Below are positions 13,708 to 26,688 of a DNA stretch of 64,000 bases, piece after piece (position 1 is the first letter of the stretch; the number at the start of each line of letters is the position of its first letter). The DNA lies in NCBI GenBank assembly GCA_002269645.1, contig NIVC01001645.1, positions 62,001-126,000 of the forward strand, read 5' to 3'. Source of the stretch: Macrostomum lignano (lineage: Eukaryota). Both the position numbers and the translations under genes were made by a program. The notes under the pieces were generated by a model. It was not told the DNA's origin. It ran no database searches and was given only the letters and a program-made list of their open reading frames with translations.

Positions 13708-16074
13708 ATGGCCTGGCAAGACTACGCCGACGAGATCCGGTGGCTGGTGCGCACCGGGGCGCCAATCTCGGTCACGCAGCTGTTCTACTCGCTCGTGATG
13801 CCGACAACCCTGGCCTTCTGCGGCTACCTCGGCAAAGAGGAGCTTGACTCGGCCGGGCTGGCCATCTCAATTTTCCAGCTGAGCGTGGCCAATTTTGCCA
13901 GTGCGGTGCGCTGGGGCATCATGCCGTTCCTGGCGCACACCATGGCCGGCAGCAAGCCAGCTCGGGTTGGCATCTTCGTGCAGCGCGGCCTGCTTGCCTC
14001 CCTGCTGCTGGCCTTCTTCAGCTGGACTCTGGCCTGCAATTCGGCCAATCTGCTAATCGCCACGGGCCAGGACCCGGCCATTGCGGTGAACACTGAGATG
14101 TACTTCCTGCTGCTCAGTCCGGGCTGCCTTGGCATCATCGCATTCAGAGCTCTGGTTGCTTATACTGACACGCTGGGCCGGCTGTGGCCGACTCTGCTGG
14201 TTCACGTGATTGGGTTCTTAGTTAACCTGCTGCTGCAGTACGTGCTGGTGCTGCATACGGACCTGGGCTTGGCCGGCTCGGCGATTGCTCTGTCTGTCAC
14301 CCTGGTTCTGCTGGCCGTGTTTCAGGCCATCTTCATCTGGAGGCTGCGGCTGTACAAGGACACCTGGACGGGCTGGTCGCCGAGGGCCTTCCTGGGCTGG
14401 GGCAAGTTCTTCGGCGGCATGCTGCCCGCCATCGGCACCCAGACGCTGTGGATCTTCGGCACCGAGGTTGGCAATTTTCTAGCCGGACTGCTGGGCAAGT
14501 CGGAGATCGCGGCCGAGTCGCTGCTGTTCCAGATCAACTTCCTGGCCTTCCTGCTGCCCGTGGGGCTGGGCAGTGCCGTCATCGCCAGGGTGGGAGCCTA
14601 CCTCAGGTACGAATGGGGACTGGGGATCAAGCTTAGGGTTATTATGGTGCACCAACTAAGGATCAAGCTTAGGGTTGTTGTGGTGCACCAACTAGGATCA
14701 AGCTTAGGGTTATTGTGGTGCACCAGCTAGGATCAAATTAGCGTTGTGGTGCACCAGCTGGGATCAAATTAGGGTTATTGTGGTGCACCAGCTGATCAAA
14801 TTAGGGTTATTGTGGTGCACCAGCTAGGATCAAATTAGGGTTGTGGTGCACCAGCTGGGATCAAATTAGGGTTATTGTGGTGCACCAGCTGGGATCAAAT
14901 TAGGGTTATTGTGGTGCACCAGCTGGGATCAAATTAGGGTTATTGTGGTGCACCAGCTAGGATCAAATTAGGGTTATTGTGGTGCACCAGCTGATCAAAT
15001 TAGGGTTATTGTGGTGCACCAGCTGATCAAATTTGCGCTAAACCAACCTCAGCCAACAGGAGCCGGAGCGGGCCAAGCGGACCTCCCGCGCCAGCCTGCT
15101 GTTCATGTCCGTCACCGGCCTGCTGGTTGGCGGCATCTTCATGGCGCTGCGGTTCCAGATTCCCAAACTGTACTCGCTGGACGCGGAGTCCACCAGCCTG
15201 TTCGTGAGCCTCATGCCGTACCTGGCGGTGTACACCACTCTGCAGCTCATCGCCTATCCTTGCGTTGCCACCCTGAGAGCCTGCAATCACCATGTAGTTG
15301 CCATGGTGATCAACTTTATTGCCTACTATGTGGTAAGTGGGTCGATTTTTTGGTTGATTTCCCAGCGAACTCACTGAGTCAAATTCCATCGTTGCCCCAC
15401 TGAAGGATTCGAGTCCAGAGCCTTAATTTCGATATTGAAGGATTCGAGTCCAGAACTTTCATTTCTCCACGGATGGATTCAAGTCCAGGACCTTAGGCTT
15501 AACTTATATAGTGAAGGAATCGAGTCCAGGACCTACATCTAAGCGATTCTCAAACACTCAAAACGCAATCTCCTCTACCGCGACACAGGTGAGCCTCCCG
15601 CTGGGTGTCTCCCTGACCTTCGCCGCCGGCTGGGGCCTGCGAGGCCTCTGGGTCGGCTTCGTCTCGGCCTCGGCCACCTTCCTGGTGCTGCTGCTGCTGG
15701 CCATGCTGCGCTCCGACTGGCGCCGGCGCTCCAACCTGGCGCACGCTGACGCCGAGTTCGAGACCGATGCGGAGGCTCCGCTGGCGGCCGGCGAGCGGGC
15801 GCCGCTGCTGATGGCCGAAGAGGACAACGCCGAGGATTGGCAGCTGCTGGATCGTCAACAGAAGCAGCGGCAGCAGCGAGGCAGCAGCAACCGCCAGGTT
15901 TGGTGGCCAGCAGTCCGCGCCAAGCTGCCAGTCCTGGGCGCGGCAGTTCTGGCGCTGCTGGCCTCGGCGATGATTCGAGTGTTGGTGCCGCCGCGGATTC
16001 CGCTGTACCCGATGGCGAATGCCAGCAGCTGGAACTCGACGCTGCCTCCGGTAGCGACACTGACTACTAATTAG
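13708..16074 (+). CDS. slc47: MATE/SLC47-family transporter; exons 13708-14606, 15053-15332, 15589-16074 (554 aa)
   Basis: Multi-TM protein with MATE-like segments EVGNFLAGLLG, RVGAYL(S)QQEPERAK, YYV|VSLPLGVSLTF and GLRGLWVG. GT/AG junctions keep the frame (phase 2, then phase 0). An extra C-terminal hydrophobic helix is present, as in animal MATE1. Confidence 0.9.
14627..15030. repeat. 34-bp minisatellite (CAAATTAGGGTTATTGTGGTGCACCAGCTAGGAT)n filling MATE intron 1
   Basis: Direct reading; occupies about 90% of the 446-bp intron. Confidence 0.92.
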
Positions 16075-16437
16075 ATGACGAGGCGATTAAGTTTGAAAAT
16101 TAAGTAATAGTTACTCTCACCGACTACTTTCAAAGACTGATTGTTTAGCTTTCTAGAGCTTTTATTGCAAACGATTATTTGGAAAAAAAATATTGCCAGG
16201 TCTGCTTCTAGTTTTGCATAACTGAAGCACCTTTTTCTGTCATAAATGCATTTTGCAATATCTGTTACTCTGTACGCATTAGTGTTTTCTTGCAAAGTTA
16301 AATTACATATTCAGACAATAAAAGAATTCACGAAGAAGCTAACAAGACTACTACTATTCTGAGTTCAGTAGTACAAAAAAGGCTTCTCTAAAAGCAATAA
16401 AAGCAGTAGTAATGCATCCTGTTTGTGTCTTTGTCTC

Positions 16438-16757
16438 TGAGTATGAGTGGCTGAGTAAGAGTGGCTGAGTATGAGTGGCTGAGTATGAGTGGCTGAGCAT
16501 GAGTGGCTGAGCATGAGTGGCTGAGCATGAGTGGCTGAGCATGAGTGGCTGAGTATGAGTGGCTGAGCATGAGTGGATGAGTATGAGTGGCTGAGCATGA
16601 GTGGCTGAGCATGAGTGGCTGAGCATGAGTGGCTGAGCACGAGTGGCTGAGTATGAGTGGCTGAGCACGAGTGGCTGAGTATGAGTGGCTGAGTATGAGT
16701 GGCTGAGTATGAGTGGCTGAGTATGAGTGGCTGAGTATGAGTGGCTGAGTATGAGTA
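16438..16757. repeat. 14-bp minisatellite (ATGAGTGGCTGAGC/T)n
   Basis: Direct reading. Confidence 0.93.
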
Positions 16758-17294
16758 TCCGAACATCCATTCCCTCCACATCAGCACAGCCCTCTTGATC
16801 CCCAATTATTCAGAGTCAATACCAGATTAAAAAAGCAATGCCAAAAAAGTGTCAGTCACTTTCCGAGGTGGCAATAACAGCAGTCTTCGTGACTCGCTAA
16901 TGGCCCGCCGAAACGTCCTGCCTGTCGACTGGAATGCGCCACACCAATGGCGCAGCAGCTGCTTCGCGACTGACTTGACACCAACTTGCAGGCTGCCACT
17001 GGCTGCCCGCGGTTTGAACTTTGTGAACTGCCGTAAACTGGGGGAGTGTACTAAACCCACAGGCCGTGCTGACAGAGCGGTTAGGGGCAACTCGAACTGA
17101 CTCGAAGACGGAATTCTGTCGCCTGGGCCGGGGGGGGGGGTTATCAACTGTCTGACTTGGTCTGCGACTGCACGCTTAAAGCAAAGCTTAAGTGCCTCTG
17201 CTTAACTGCCTTATTTATTGCTTCTGTGCACTGCAGCTGGCTGACGCATTTTGCCTGTTCTGCATTGTCGGCTGCAGTGTGACAGCGGTGTGAA

Positions 17295-18310
<1,016 letters not shown>

Positions 18311-18699
18311 TATACATACTCTAATCATATTGTTACATGTTATGCAGCAGGACAAGGCAGTTCAGAAGTAGAAGCGAGAGAAGGCCGTCGGTAAAATGAA
18401 CAAGAAGATTTAGAAGCATGACTGACAGCACCATTTAGTCGTATTTGTTATTGACTTAAATGTGTGTAATATACTGAAGTACGGCACATAGGTTCCAAGA
18501 TATGTTCGCGCATAGTTGCGCTAACAAAGGACTGCTTCTTCCAATATAGTCTTCTATTCTATTAGCTTACAAAGCATTGCAAGGCAACCCAATAAGACAA
18601 GATACATCGATAGATGCATATGTACTGTCTGCATTCCGATTCCCGTGTCTCTCGTTCTATTTGCAAACCCTGTGCACTTTCGAATCTTCAAACTCCGTC

Positions 18700-19145
18700 T
18701 ACTTATCTCTCAGCCTCTCTCCTTATCTCTCAGCTTCTCTCCTTATCTCTCAGCCTCTCTCCTTATCTCTCAGCCTCTTTACTTATCTCTCAGCCTCTCT
18801 CCTTATCTATCAGCCTCTTTACTTATCTCTCAGCCTCTTTACTTATCTCTCAGCCTCTCTCCTTATCTCTCAGCCTCTCTACTTTTCTCTCAGCCTCTCT
18901 CCTTATCTCTCAGCCTCTCTACTTATCTCTCAGCCTCTCTCCTTATCTCTCAGCCTCTCTCCTTATCTCTCAGCCTCTCTCCTTATCTCTCAGCCTCTTT
19001 ACTTATCCCTCAGCCTCTCTCCTTATCTCTCAGCCTCTTTACTTATCTCTCAGCCTCTTTACTTATCTCTCAGCCTCTCTCCTTATCTCTCAGCCTCTCT
19101 ACTTATCTCTCAGCTTCTTTCCTTACCTCTCACCCTCTCTACTTA
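18700..19145. repeat. 20-bp minisatellite (CTTATCTCTCAGCCTCTCTC)n
   Basis: Direct reading. Confidence 0.92.
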
Positions 19146-19539
19146 CCTCTTCCTTTATTTACTTTCATTTCTTAGTCTCAGCTAAACACTCCATATTCAC
19201 GGTTTCTCTATAATAATTAATAGAAAAAAATTCAGACAACCTGAGGCTGCAATACACATATACTACTTAGTCTCCTTGGCCAATGACAGCTCACCAGCCA
19301 ATCCTTCGAGTCGAAACCGACCATTTTTAGCTCTTTATAATGCGTGTACGCAAAATAATGCGCAATCTAGAGGCAACTCGGCTGCAATAAAAAACTAAGG
19401 TAAGGCCTCTTCAATATTATTTAATGCTAATTTTAAATACGATCATTATGCGTAGATAGTAGACGATAGTAAGAGATGGCAAGGGTAGTCAAAGTAAAAA
19501 GCCTATGTGTTAATCAAATCTGGAAATTGCCTGATTAAA

Positions 19540-20235
19540 AATTGAGAGAGTGACAAACACAAAGGGAGGAAACTGAGAGAGTGACAGACACAGAGGGAGG
19601 AAACTGAGAGAGTGACAGACAGAGAGGGAGAGAATTGAGAGAGTGACAAACACAGAGGGAGGAAATTGAAAGTGTGACAGGCACAGAGGGAGGAAATTGA
19701 GAGTGTGACAGACACAGAGGGAGGAAATTGAGAGAGTGACAGACACAGAGGGAGGAAATTGAGAGAGTGACAGACACAGAGGGAGGAAACTGAAAGAGTG
19801 ACAGACACAGAGGGAGAGAATAGAGAGAGTGACAGACACAGGGAGGGAATTGAGAGAGTGACAGACACAGGGAGGAAATTGAGAGAGTGACAGACAGAGA
19901 GGGAGAGAATTGAGAGAGTGACAAACACAGAGGGAGGAAATTTAAAGTGTGACAGACACAGAGGGAGGAAATTGAAAGAGTGACAGACACAGAGGGAGAG
20001 AATCGAGAGAGTGACAGACACAGGGAGGGAATTGAGAGAGTGACAGACACAGGGAGGAAATTGAGAGAGTGACAGACAGAGAGGGAGAGAATTGAGAGAG
20101 TGACAAACACAGAGGGAGGAAATTTAAAGTGTGACAGACACAGAGGGAGGAAATTGAGAGAGTGACAGACACAGAGGGAGGAAATTAAAAGTGTGACAGT
20201 CACAGATGGAGGAAATTGAAAGTGTGACAGACACA
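19540..20235. repeat. About 31-bp purine-rich minisatellite (GAGAGAGTGACAGACACAGAGGGAGGAAATT)n
   Basis: Direct reading. Confidence 0.92.
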
Positions 20236-20459
20236 GAGGGAGGAGGAATCCCCCCTCTTGGTAGTTCGACGGGCGGAAAAATGGCTTGGTATTCCTACTG
20301 TTAATGAGCGTTTCAGCAAGACAGGGTGAAAATTTTGTGCAAAACAACTGCTTTGAGTGGAAACCACTTCGTTTCTGACTTTTACGAGTTACAGCTGCTA
20401 CAGACATCGTAGAAGAAATGAGGAGAAAATGGTGAGGGTTTAAAAGTTAGACTCTAACG

Positions 20460-21960
20460 GTGAGAAGGGAGAGAGTCTATGGAGTGAGAAGAGAGAGAGT
20501 CCATGGATTGAGACGGGAGTCTATGGGGTGAAAATGGAAAGGGTCTATGGGGTGAGAAGGGAGAGAGTCTATGGGGTGGAAAGGGAGAGAGTCTATGGGG
20601 TGAAAATGGAAAGGGTCTATGGGGTGAGAAGGGAGAGAGTCTATGGGGTGAAAAGGGAGAGAGTCTATGGGGTGGGAAGGGAGAGAGTCTATGGGGTGAA
20701 AATGGAAAGGGTCTATGGGGTGAGAAGGGAGAGAATGTATGGGGTGAGAAGGGAGAGAGTTTATGGGGAGGGAAGAGAGAGAGAGAGAGTCTAGGGGTGA
20801 GAAGGGAGAGACTCTAGGGGTGAGAAAGGAAAGAGTCTAGGGGTGAGAAGGGAGAGAGTCTATGGGGTGAAAAGGAAGAGAGTCTATGGGGTGGGAAGGG
20901 AGAGATTCTATGGGGTGAAAATGGAAAGGGTCTATGGGGTGAGAAGGGAGAGAGTTTATGGGGTGAGAAGAGAGAGAGAGAGTCTATGGGTGAGAAGGGA
21001 AAGAGTCTAGGGGTGAGAAGGGAGAGATTCTAGGGGTGAGAAAGGAAAGAGTCTATGGGGTGAGAAGGGAGAGAGTCTATGGGGTGAAAATGGAAAGGGT
21101 CTATGGGGTGAGAAGGGAGAGAATCTATGGGGTGAGAAGGGAGAGAGTCTATGGGGTGGGAAGAGAGAGAGTCTATGGGGTGAGAAGGGAGAGAGTCTAT
21201 GGGGTGGAAAGGGAGAGAGTCTATGGGGTGAAAATGGAAAGGGTCTATGGGGTGAGAAGGGAGAGAGTCTATGGGGTGAAAAGGGATAGAGTCTATGGGG
21301 TGGAAAGGGAGAGAGTCTATGGGGTGAAAATGGAAAGGGTCTATGGGGTGAGAAGGGAGAGAATGTATGGGGTGAGAAGGGAGAGAGTTTATGGGGAGGG
21401 AAGAGAGAGAGTGAGAGTCTAGGGGTGAGAAGGGGGAGAGTCTAGGGGTGAGAAAGGAAAGAGTCTAGGGGTGAGAAGGGAGAGAGTCTATGGGGTGAAA
21501 AGGAAGAGAGTCTATGGGGTGGGAAGGGAGAGAGTCTATGGGGTGAAAATGGAAAGGGTCTATGGGGTGAGAAGGGAGAGAGTTTATGGGGAGGGAAGAG
21601 AGAGAGAGAGTCTATGGGTGAGAAGGGAAAGAGTCTAGGGGTGAGAAGGGAGAGATTCTAGGGGTGAGAAAGGAAAGAGTCTAGGGGTGAGAAGGGAGAG
21701 AGTCTATGGGGTGAAAAGGGAGAGAGTCTATGGGGTAAGAAGGGGGAGAGTCTATGGGGTGAAAATGGAAAGGGTCTATGGGGTGAGAAGGGAGAGAATC
21801 TATGGGGTGAGAAGGGAGAGAGTCTATGGGGTGGGAAGAGAGAGAGTCTATGGGGTGAGAAAGGGAGAGAGTCTATGGGTTGAAAAGGGAAAGGGTCTAT
21901 GGATTGAGAAGGTAGAGAGTCTATGGGGTGAGAAGGAAGAGAGTCTAGGGGGAGAAGCGA
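20460..21960. repeat. 24-bp G-rich minisatellite (GGGAGAGAGTCTATGGGGTGAGAA)n with an internal 628-bp duplication
   Basis: Variant units recur 628 bp apart (20602/21230, 20698/21326, 20731/21359). Confidence 0.92.
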
Positions 21961-22437
21961 GTGAGTCTAAGGTGAGTCTAGGAGAGTCTAAGGGTGAGAA
22001 GAGAGTCTATAGAAAACTCTAGAAGGGAGACTCGAGGGTTGAGCGAGAGTCTAAACGGCGAGAAAGGAGAGTCCATTTAGGTTAGACAGATAACGCGGTA
22101 GTAAAGTTTCCCTGTACTTCCATTAATTATCTCACATCTCATCAGTTTAGACTTGACAACTTCACTAACAAAGCTACTATCTAGATATAGAACAATCGTT
22201 TGGTCTTTTCTTAGTCCACAAGGAAGTCCAAGCGCTTTCCTAGCTTAGCATAAACACAGCGATGGTCAAATACAATACTGCCAAAAAACGGCACAAAAAA
22301 CACTGCTGACATCAGAGATCTTGGTCTGATAAGCCCGAACATAACTATTTGCACAGTTAGCACTGAATTTCACCTTTTGTGGCTTGGTAGAAATTGATTT
22401 TGACAGGCTGGCAGTCTTTGTCCTTGGCGGCGTATAG

Positions 22438-23096
22438 CAGGGGTTGGCAAATTCTTTTAAACGTAAACGCCAGATATAAAATCTAGCGCGTGACTGCAGG
22501 TTAGAGAGAGGAGAGAAGGATGAGGAGAGAGGGGAGATGATGGGAGAGAGGAGAGGGGAGATAAGTGGTGGAGTGGAGAAGAGAGGAGAGCGGTGAGAGG
22601 AGAGTGGAGATTAGAGGAGGGAGGAGAGGGGAGAAATGAGAGAGGAGATGAGAGATGAGGGAGAGAGAAAAGGAGGGAGTGGAGACTCGGAGAGGGGGAT
22701 GACAGAGGAGAGGGGAGATTGGGGAGAGAGGCGAGAAGGGAGAGGAGAGAAGGGAGATGATGGGAGAGAGGAGAGAAGGGAGAGGAGAGAGGGGAGAGGA
22801 GAGTGGAGATTAGAGGAGGGAGGAGAGGGGAGAAATGAGAGAGGAGATGAGATGAGGGAGAGAGAAAAGGAGGGAGTGGAGACTCGGAGAGGGGGATGAC
22901 AGATGAGAGAAGGGAGATGATGGGAGAGAGGAGAGAAGGGAGAGGAGAGGGGAGAGGAGGGGAGAGAGGAGAGGAAGAAAAGAATCTAGATAGATTTCTT
23001 CTCTCTTCTAGAACTGAGAAGAGACGCAAGTCTTGAGAGGGCCGAATTGCTATTGTGAAGTTTCACGGACCCGAGGGCCGAACTTGCCGTTCCCTG
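22438..23096 (+). mobile_element. hAT (Charlie/Buster-type) non-autonomous element with a GA-rich interior
   Basis: Termini CAGGGGTTGGCAAATT and AACTTGCCGTTCCCTG; 8-bp flanks GCGTATAG/GTGCATAG (6/8 match). Subterminal ATTGCTATTGTGAAG..GGACCCGAGGGCCG is shared with copies at about 50120 and 55850. Confidence 0.65.
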
Positions 23097-23609
23097 GTGC
23101 ATAGGGAAGATTTTCAAACTGGGGTTATGGATTTGAAATACGAAGCACTTTTAGCTAAAAAAAAAGACTGGGCTGAGTCATGCAGCCTGCAGCCTCAATT
23201 CCGGGGTCTGGGCTGGCGCTCACTCTGGCTGGAAACCCTCACCAACCACTCGTGCCCCCCTCTCTTGACGATGTCAGACAAAACGGTGATTCACTGATAT
23301 CCTGACAAGACTGATTTACTCGGCGTTTGCTGATAGACCAGCGCAGCTTCCAATAGTTTGCTCTGGAAGTTAATTCAAAGAAAGGTATAGTCAGCAATAA
23401 TTTCCTCTGAAAGAGACCAGCACCTGGGCACTGGACAGTCAACTTGCTGTTGGAGTAAGTTGGAGTAACAGAAGTCGATTAACTTCTATGATAATTCTGC
23501 TTTTTCTTGTCTCATGATCTGCTTTTTCACACCTGCACACACAGGTTACTCTACTGATAGTAGGCGATTGCGCTCAGTTGCCATCAGCCAAAACACAAGC
23601 CGCAGTCGG

Positions 23610-24512
23610 ATGCCTCCAGCTGCACCAACTTTGGCCACGGCAGCGGTTGTGGCAGCCGTAGTCTTTGCTTCATCAGCTGCTCAACCGCCGCCGACAAATT
23701 CGCCGTCGACAATCCGCCGACTGCCGCAGTGCCTGGTGATCGGCGCCAGAAAGTGCGGCACCAGGGCGCTGCTCAACTTCTTGTCGCTGCACCCGCTGGT
23801 GCGGACCGCCCGCGGCGAGGTGCACTACTTTGACAGGCGGGACTACCGCCAGCTGGGCCTGGCCTGGTACCGCAGGCGCATGCCGCCTAGCCGGCCAGAT
23901 CAGGTGACGCTAGAAAAGTCCCCGGCCTACTTTGTCACCCCGTCGGCACCAAGTCGGATTCGCCGGGTCCGGCGCGACATGCGGCTGCTGCTGGTGCTGC
24001 GGGACCCGGTGCGCAGGGTCGTCAGCGACTATGCGCAGCGGCTGCACCGGCGGGCCAGCCAGGGCCGGCCGCCGGTGTCGCTGGAGTCGCTGGTGTTCCG
24101 ACGCGGCGACGGCAGTAGACAGATCGATCCGCGATCGCCGCTAGTGGCCACCTCAGTGTATCACCGGCATCTGGCCCGCTGGCTGGCGGAGTTCCCGCGT
24201 CACCAGCTGCACATCGTTAACGGCGACCGGCTGGTCGAGAAGCCGTTCGAAGAGCTTCGACTGGCTGAACAATTTCTCGGCCTGCCGATCTGCTTCCGGC
24301 CGGAGCAGTTCGTCTACAATGCCAGCAAAGGCTTCTACTGCGCCAGACGGACCGACAACTCCGTGCCGCGCTGCCTCGGCCCCGGCAAAGGTCGTCGACA
24401 TCCGCCGGTGTCGCCGGAGACGCTTGACCGGCTTAGGGCCTACTTTGCTGGCCAAGAGGCCAAGCTGGCGGAACTGCTCCCAGGGCGCAGATTCGCCTGG
24501 ATGAAGCTGTAG
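23610..24512 (+). CDS. hs3st: Heparan sulfate glucosamine 3-O-sulfotransferase (HS3ST1/5-like), single coding exon, 300 aa
   Basis: 5'-PSB motif LVIGARKCGTRALL, EVHYFD, EKSPAYF, 3'-PB motif LRDPVRRVVSDY, KGFYC and CLGPGKGRRHP. Hydrophobic N-terminus after the ATG at 23610; upstream acceptor CACACAG at 23544. Confidence 0.95.
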   Translation: MPPAAPTLATAAVVAAVVFASSAAQPPPTNSPSTIRRLPQCLVIGARKCGTRALLNFLSLHPLVRTARGEVHYFDRRDYRQLGLAWYRRRMPPSRPDQVTLEKSPAYFVTPSAPSRIRRVRRDMRLLLVLRDPVRRVVSDYAQRLHRRASQGRPPVSLESLVFRRGDGSRQIDPRSPLVATSVYHRHLARWLAEFPRHQLHIVNGDRLVEKPFEELRLAEQFLGLPICFRPEQFVYNASKGFYCARRTDNSVPRCLGPGKGRRHPPVSPETLDRLRAYFAGQEAKLAELLPGRRFAWMKL

Positions 24513-25669
24513 AATAGAAAGCTATTTTAGTATAGCTACTCCCAACTGCTGGCATTAGCTAACGACTGCAACAGACTCCACGCAAGGACCACTAGAAGTA
24601 ACCGTTGTATCAGGACGTAGGGCGCTCAGGTATCGAAAAATTATTGAAAGGCCTCTGTCCAACTGAAGCTAAAATTACCAACAGGCGGACAGTAAAGGTT
24701 TAAATGGTCGTAATAAAATGTTGTAAGAGAGAGCGAGAGGTGTTAAACCGAGGCGAGGGCCAGGCTATATTTAGAAACAATAAAACTGGACCTCTTCATG
24801 CGCCACGCACATGGAGAGCCTAAATTATCGATCGGTAAATTATTTGCAACTGGCATGAATACACATACTACAAAGCACAAAATAAAACGGCCCACTTGGG
24901 CGCTACCATATGCTGAAGCTGAACCAATTCTGAAGCGTCTGTAGCACAAAGCTAGGTTCAGTTTTATTTAAACACAGTCGAATGGAAGGCTTTCCTGAAG
25001 GCAAGCATCGCCAAATTACACGTAAACAAGCGAGCCTTCAAATAATTTTCCTGATACTTTTAGTGGTCCTTGGCTTCATGTTTTGCACACGTATACATAT
25101 ACAAGGTAAAATAGATTCAAGCAGCGTCCTACAAGTAGATGATGCAGGACCGCGTTGGCAAAAGTGCATGGCGTTCCTAATGGCGTATTAAATAAAATAC
25201 CAAAGTTGACTCCAAAATGCGATCTCTGTTAGAGCGTAAAATACCCCACATGGCTACGGCCCATTATGCCTCGACAAGTGGAGGCACTTAAGCATCCTCG
25301 TGGTTCCTTCATCCCAGGCGTTTAACTTCTGTTCCTGAGTCTGAGTGTATTTTAATCTTTTTAAAACTAAAATTAAAGCATTAATGAAGTACTCGTGTTC
25401 ACCGTATATGATAGTACAGACCTTAGCCTGAGAAATTCGTACGATCATTATCTCAATAAACAGCCGCGCCCGAGTTTCAAACCATATCTATTATTAATAT
25501 TTGGGTAGTTTGCACCTGTTTCACCTGTCAAGACAGTCAGTCATCTTTCTTGAAATTCCTGATGCTTTGTGCTCGGAATTCATTAGACTATAATAACTAG
25601 GACAACAATTTTTGGAGAGAAAGTTTCATCTAGAAATATTTTAAGTCCACGGCATTTGACTTGCCGACC

Positions 25670-25778
25670 CTAGCCTAAACCCTAACCCTAACCTAAACCC
25701 TAACCAAAACCTTAACCCTAACATAAACCTTAACCCTAACCTAAACTATAACCCGAACACCAACTCTAGCCTAACCTC
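25670..25778. repeat. Degenerate (CCCTAA/CCTAAA)n telomere-like tract
   Basis: CCCTAACCCTAACCTAAACCCTAACC and variants. Confidence 0.75.
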
Positions 25779-26688
25779 TTTTAATTTTATAGGACTGCAA
25801 TTTTTCCAATAGCTAGTTTTCGCAAGCTGCAAATGTGTTTTTTCGAATTCAATATCAATTAGTTTGCGATTAAAGAACCACTTACAATAGTTTCTGAAAG
25901 GCATCCCTTCCTATTCCCAAGCTAACAAGCGCAACTTCCACTAATCGAGGCCTTGAAGCTTAAACTGGCTCCTCCATCCCGTACTCTGTGTCCTAAAATT
26001 CAATGCACTCCCACCCCCCTCTCACCCCCGGATGCTCTGGAACTCAACAACTGAGTCTTTTTTATAACTCCATAAGCAAAACAGCAGTGGATAAAACTAC
26101 TCCAAAAATGGGCAGATGCTGATGCAGTCTTATACTAAACGCGTGCAGACAAGCTGCAGACCGCATGCGAACATCTGCTGCCAGTACGGAGGGAGGTAAG
26201 GGAAGAAGTGGAAAGGAAAGACAGACAGACACTGTTGCTGCAGCTGCAACCCGCAACCACCTGCTCTGAATTCCACTGCCTCAACGCTGTCTCTACATGT
26301 CAATGGCACCCAACACCCGCTACTCATTCAGCCAATCAGCATGGGGGATAGGAGTTGAGACCACTTCCTCAGCTAGCCCGTTGTCCTAGCCGTCGACCTC
26401 ACACCCTGCACTGTGCGCCCAACCAATCTGCCGTCGCCACGACTGGCTTTGCTCTGAGAACGGCTTAACAATCCCTTCCCCTATCCCAGTCTCTATTCTC
26501 TTCCAGAGCTTCTATTCACATGAAGCAAATACGTTTCTGCTTCCTTCATCCCTCTTCTCCTCCCTCGTCATCCATTCAACCAGGCAGTATTTATAGCGAG
26601 TAGGCCATATAAATTTAGCTAAAATAGACTCCAACAGACCGAAATACGCGGTTGTGTGTTTCAAAAAGACAGAAGAAAATCGACAATA

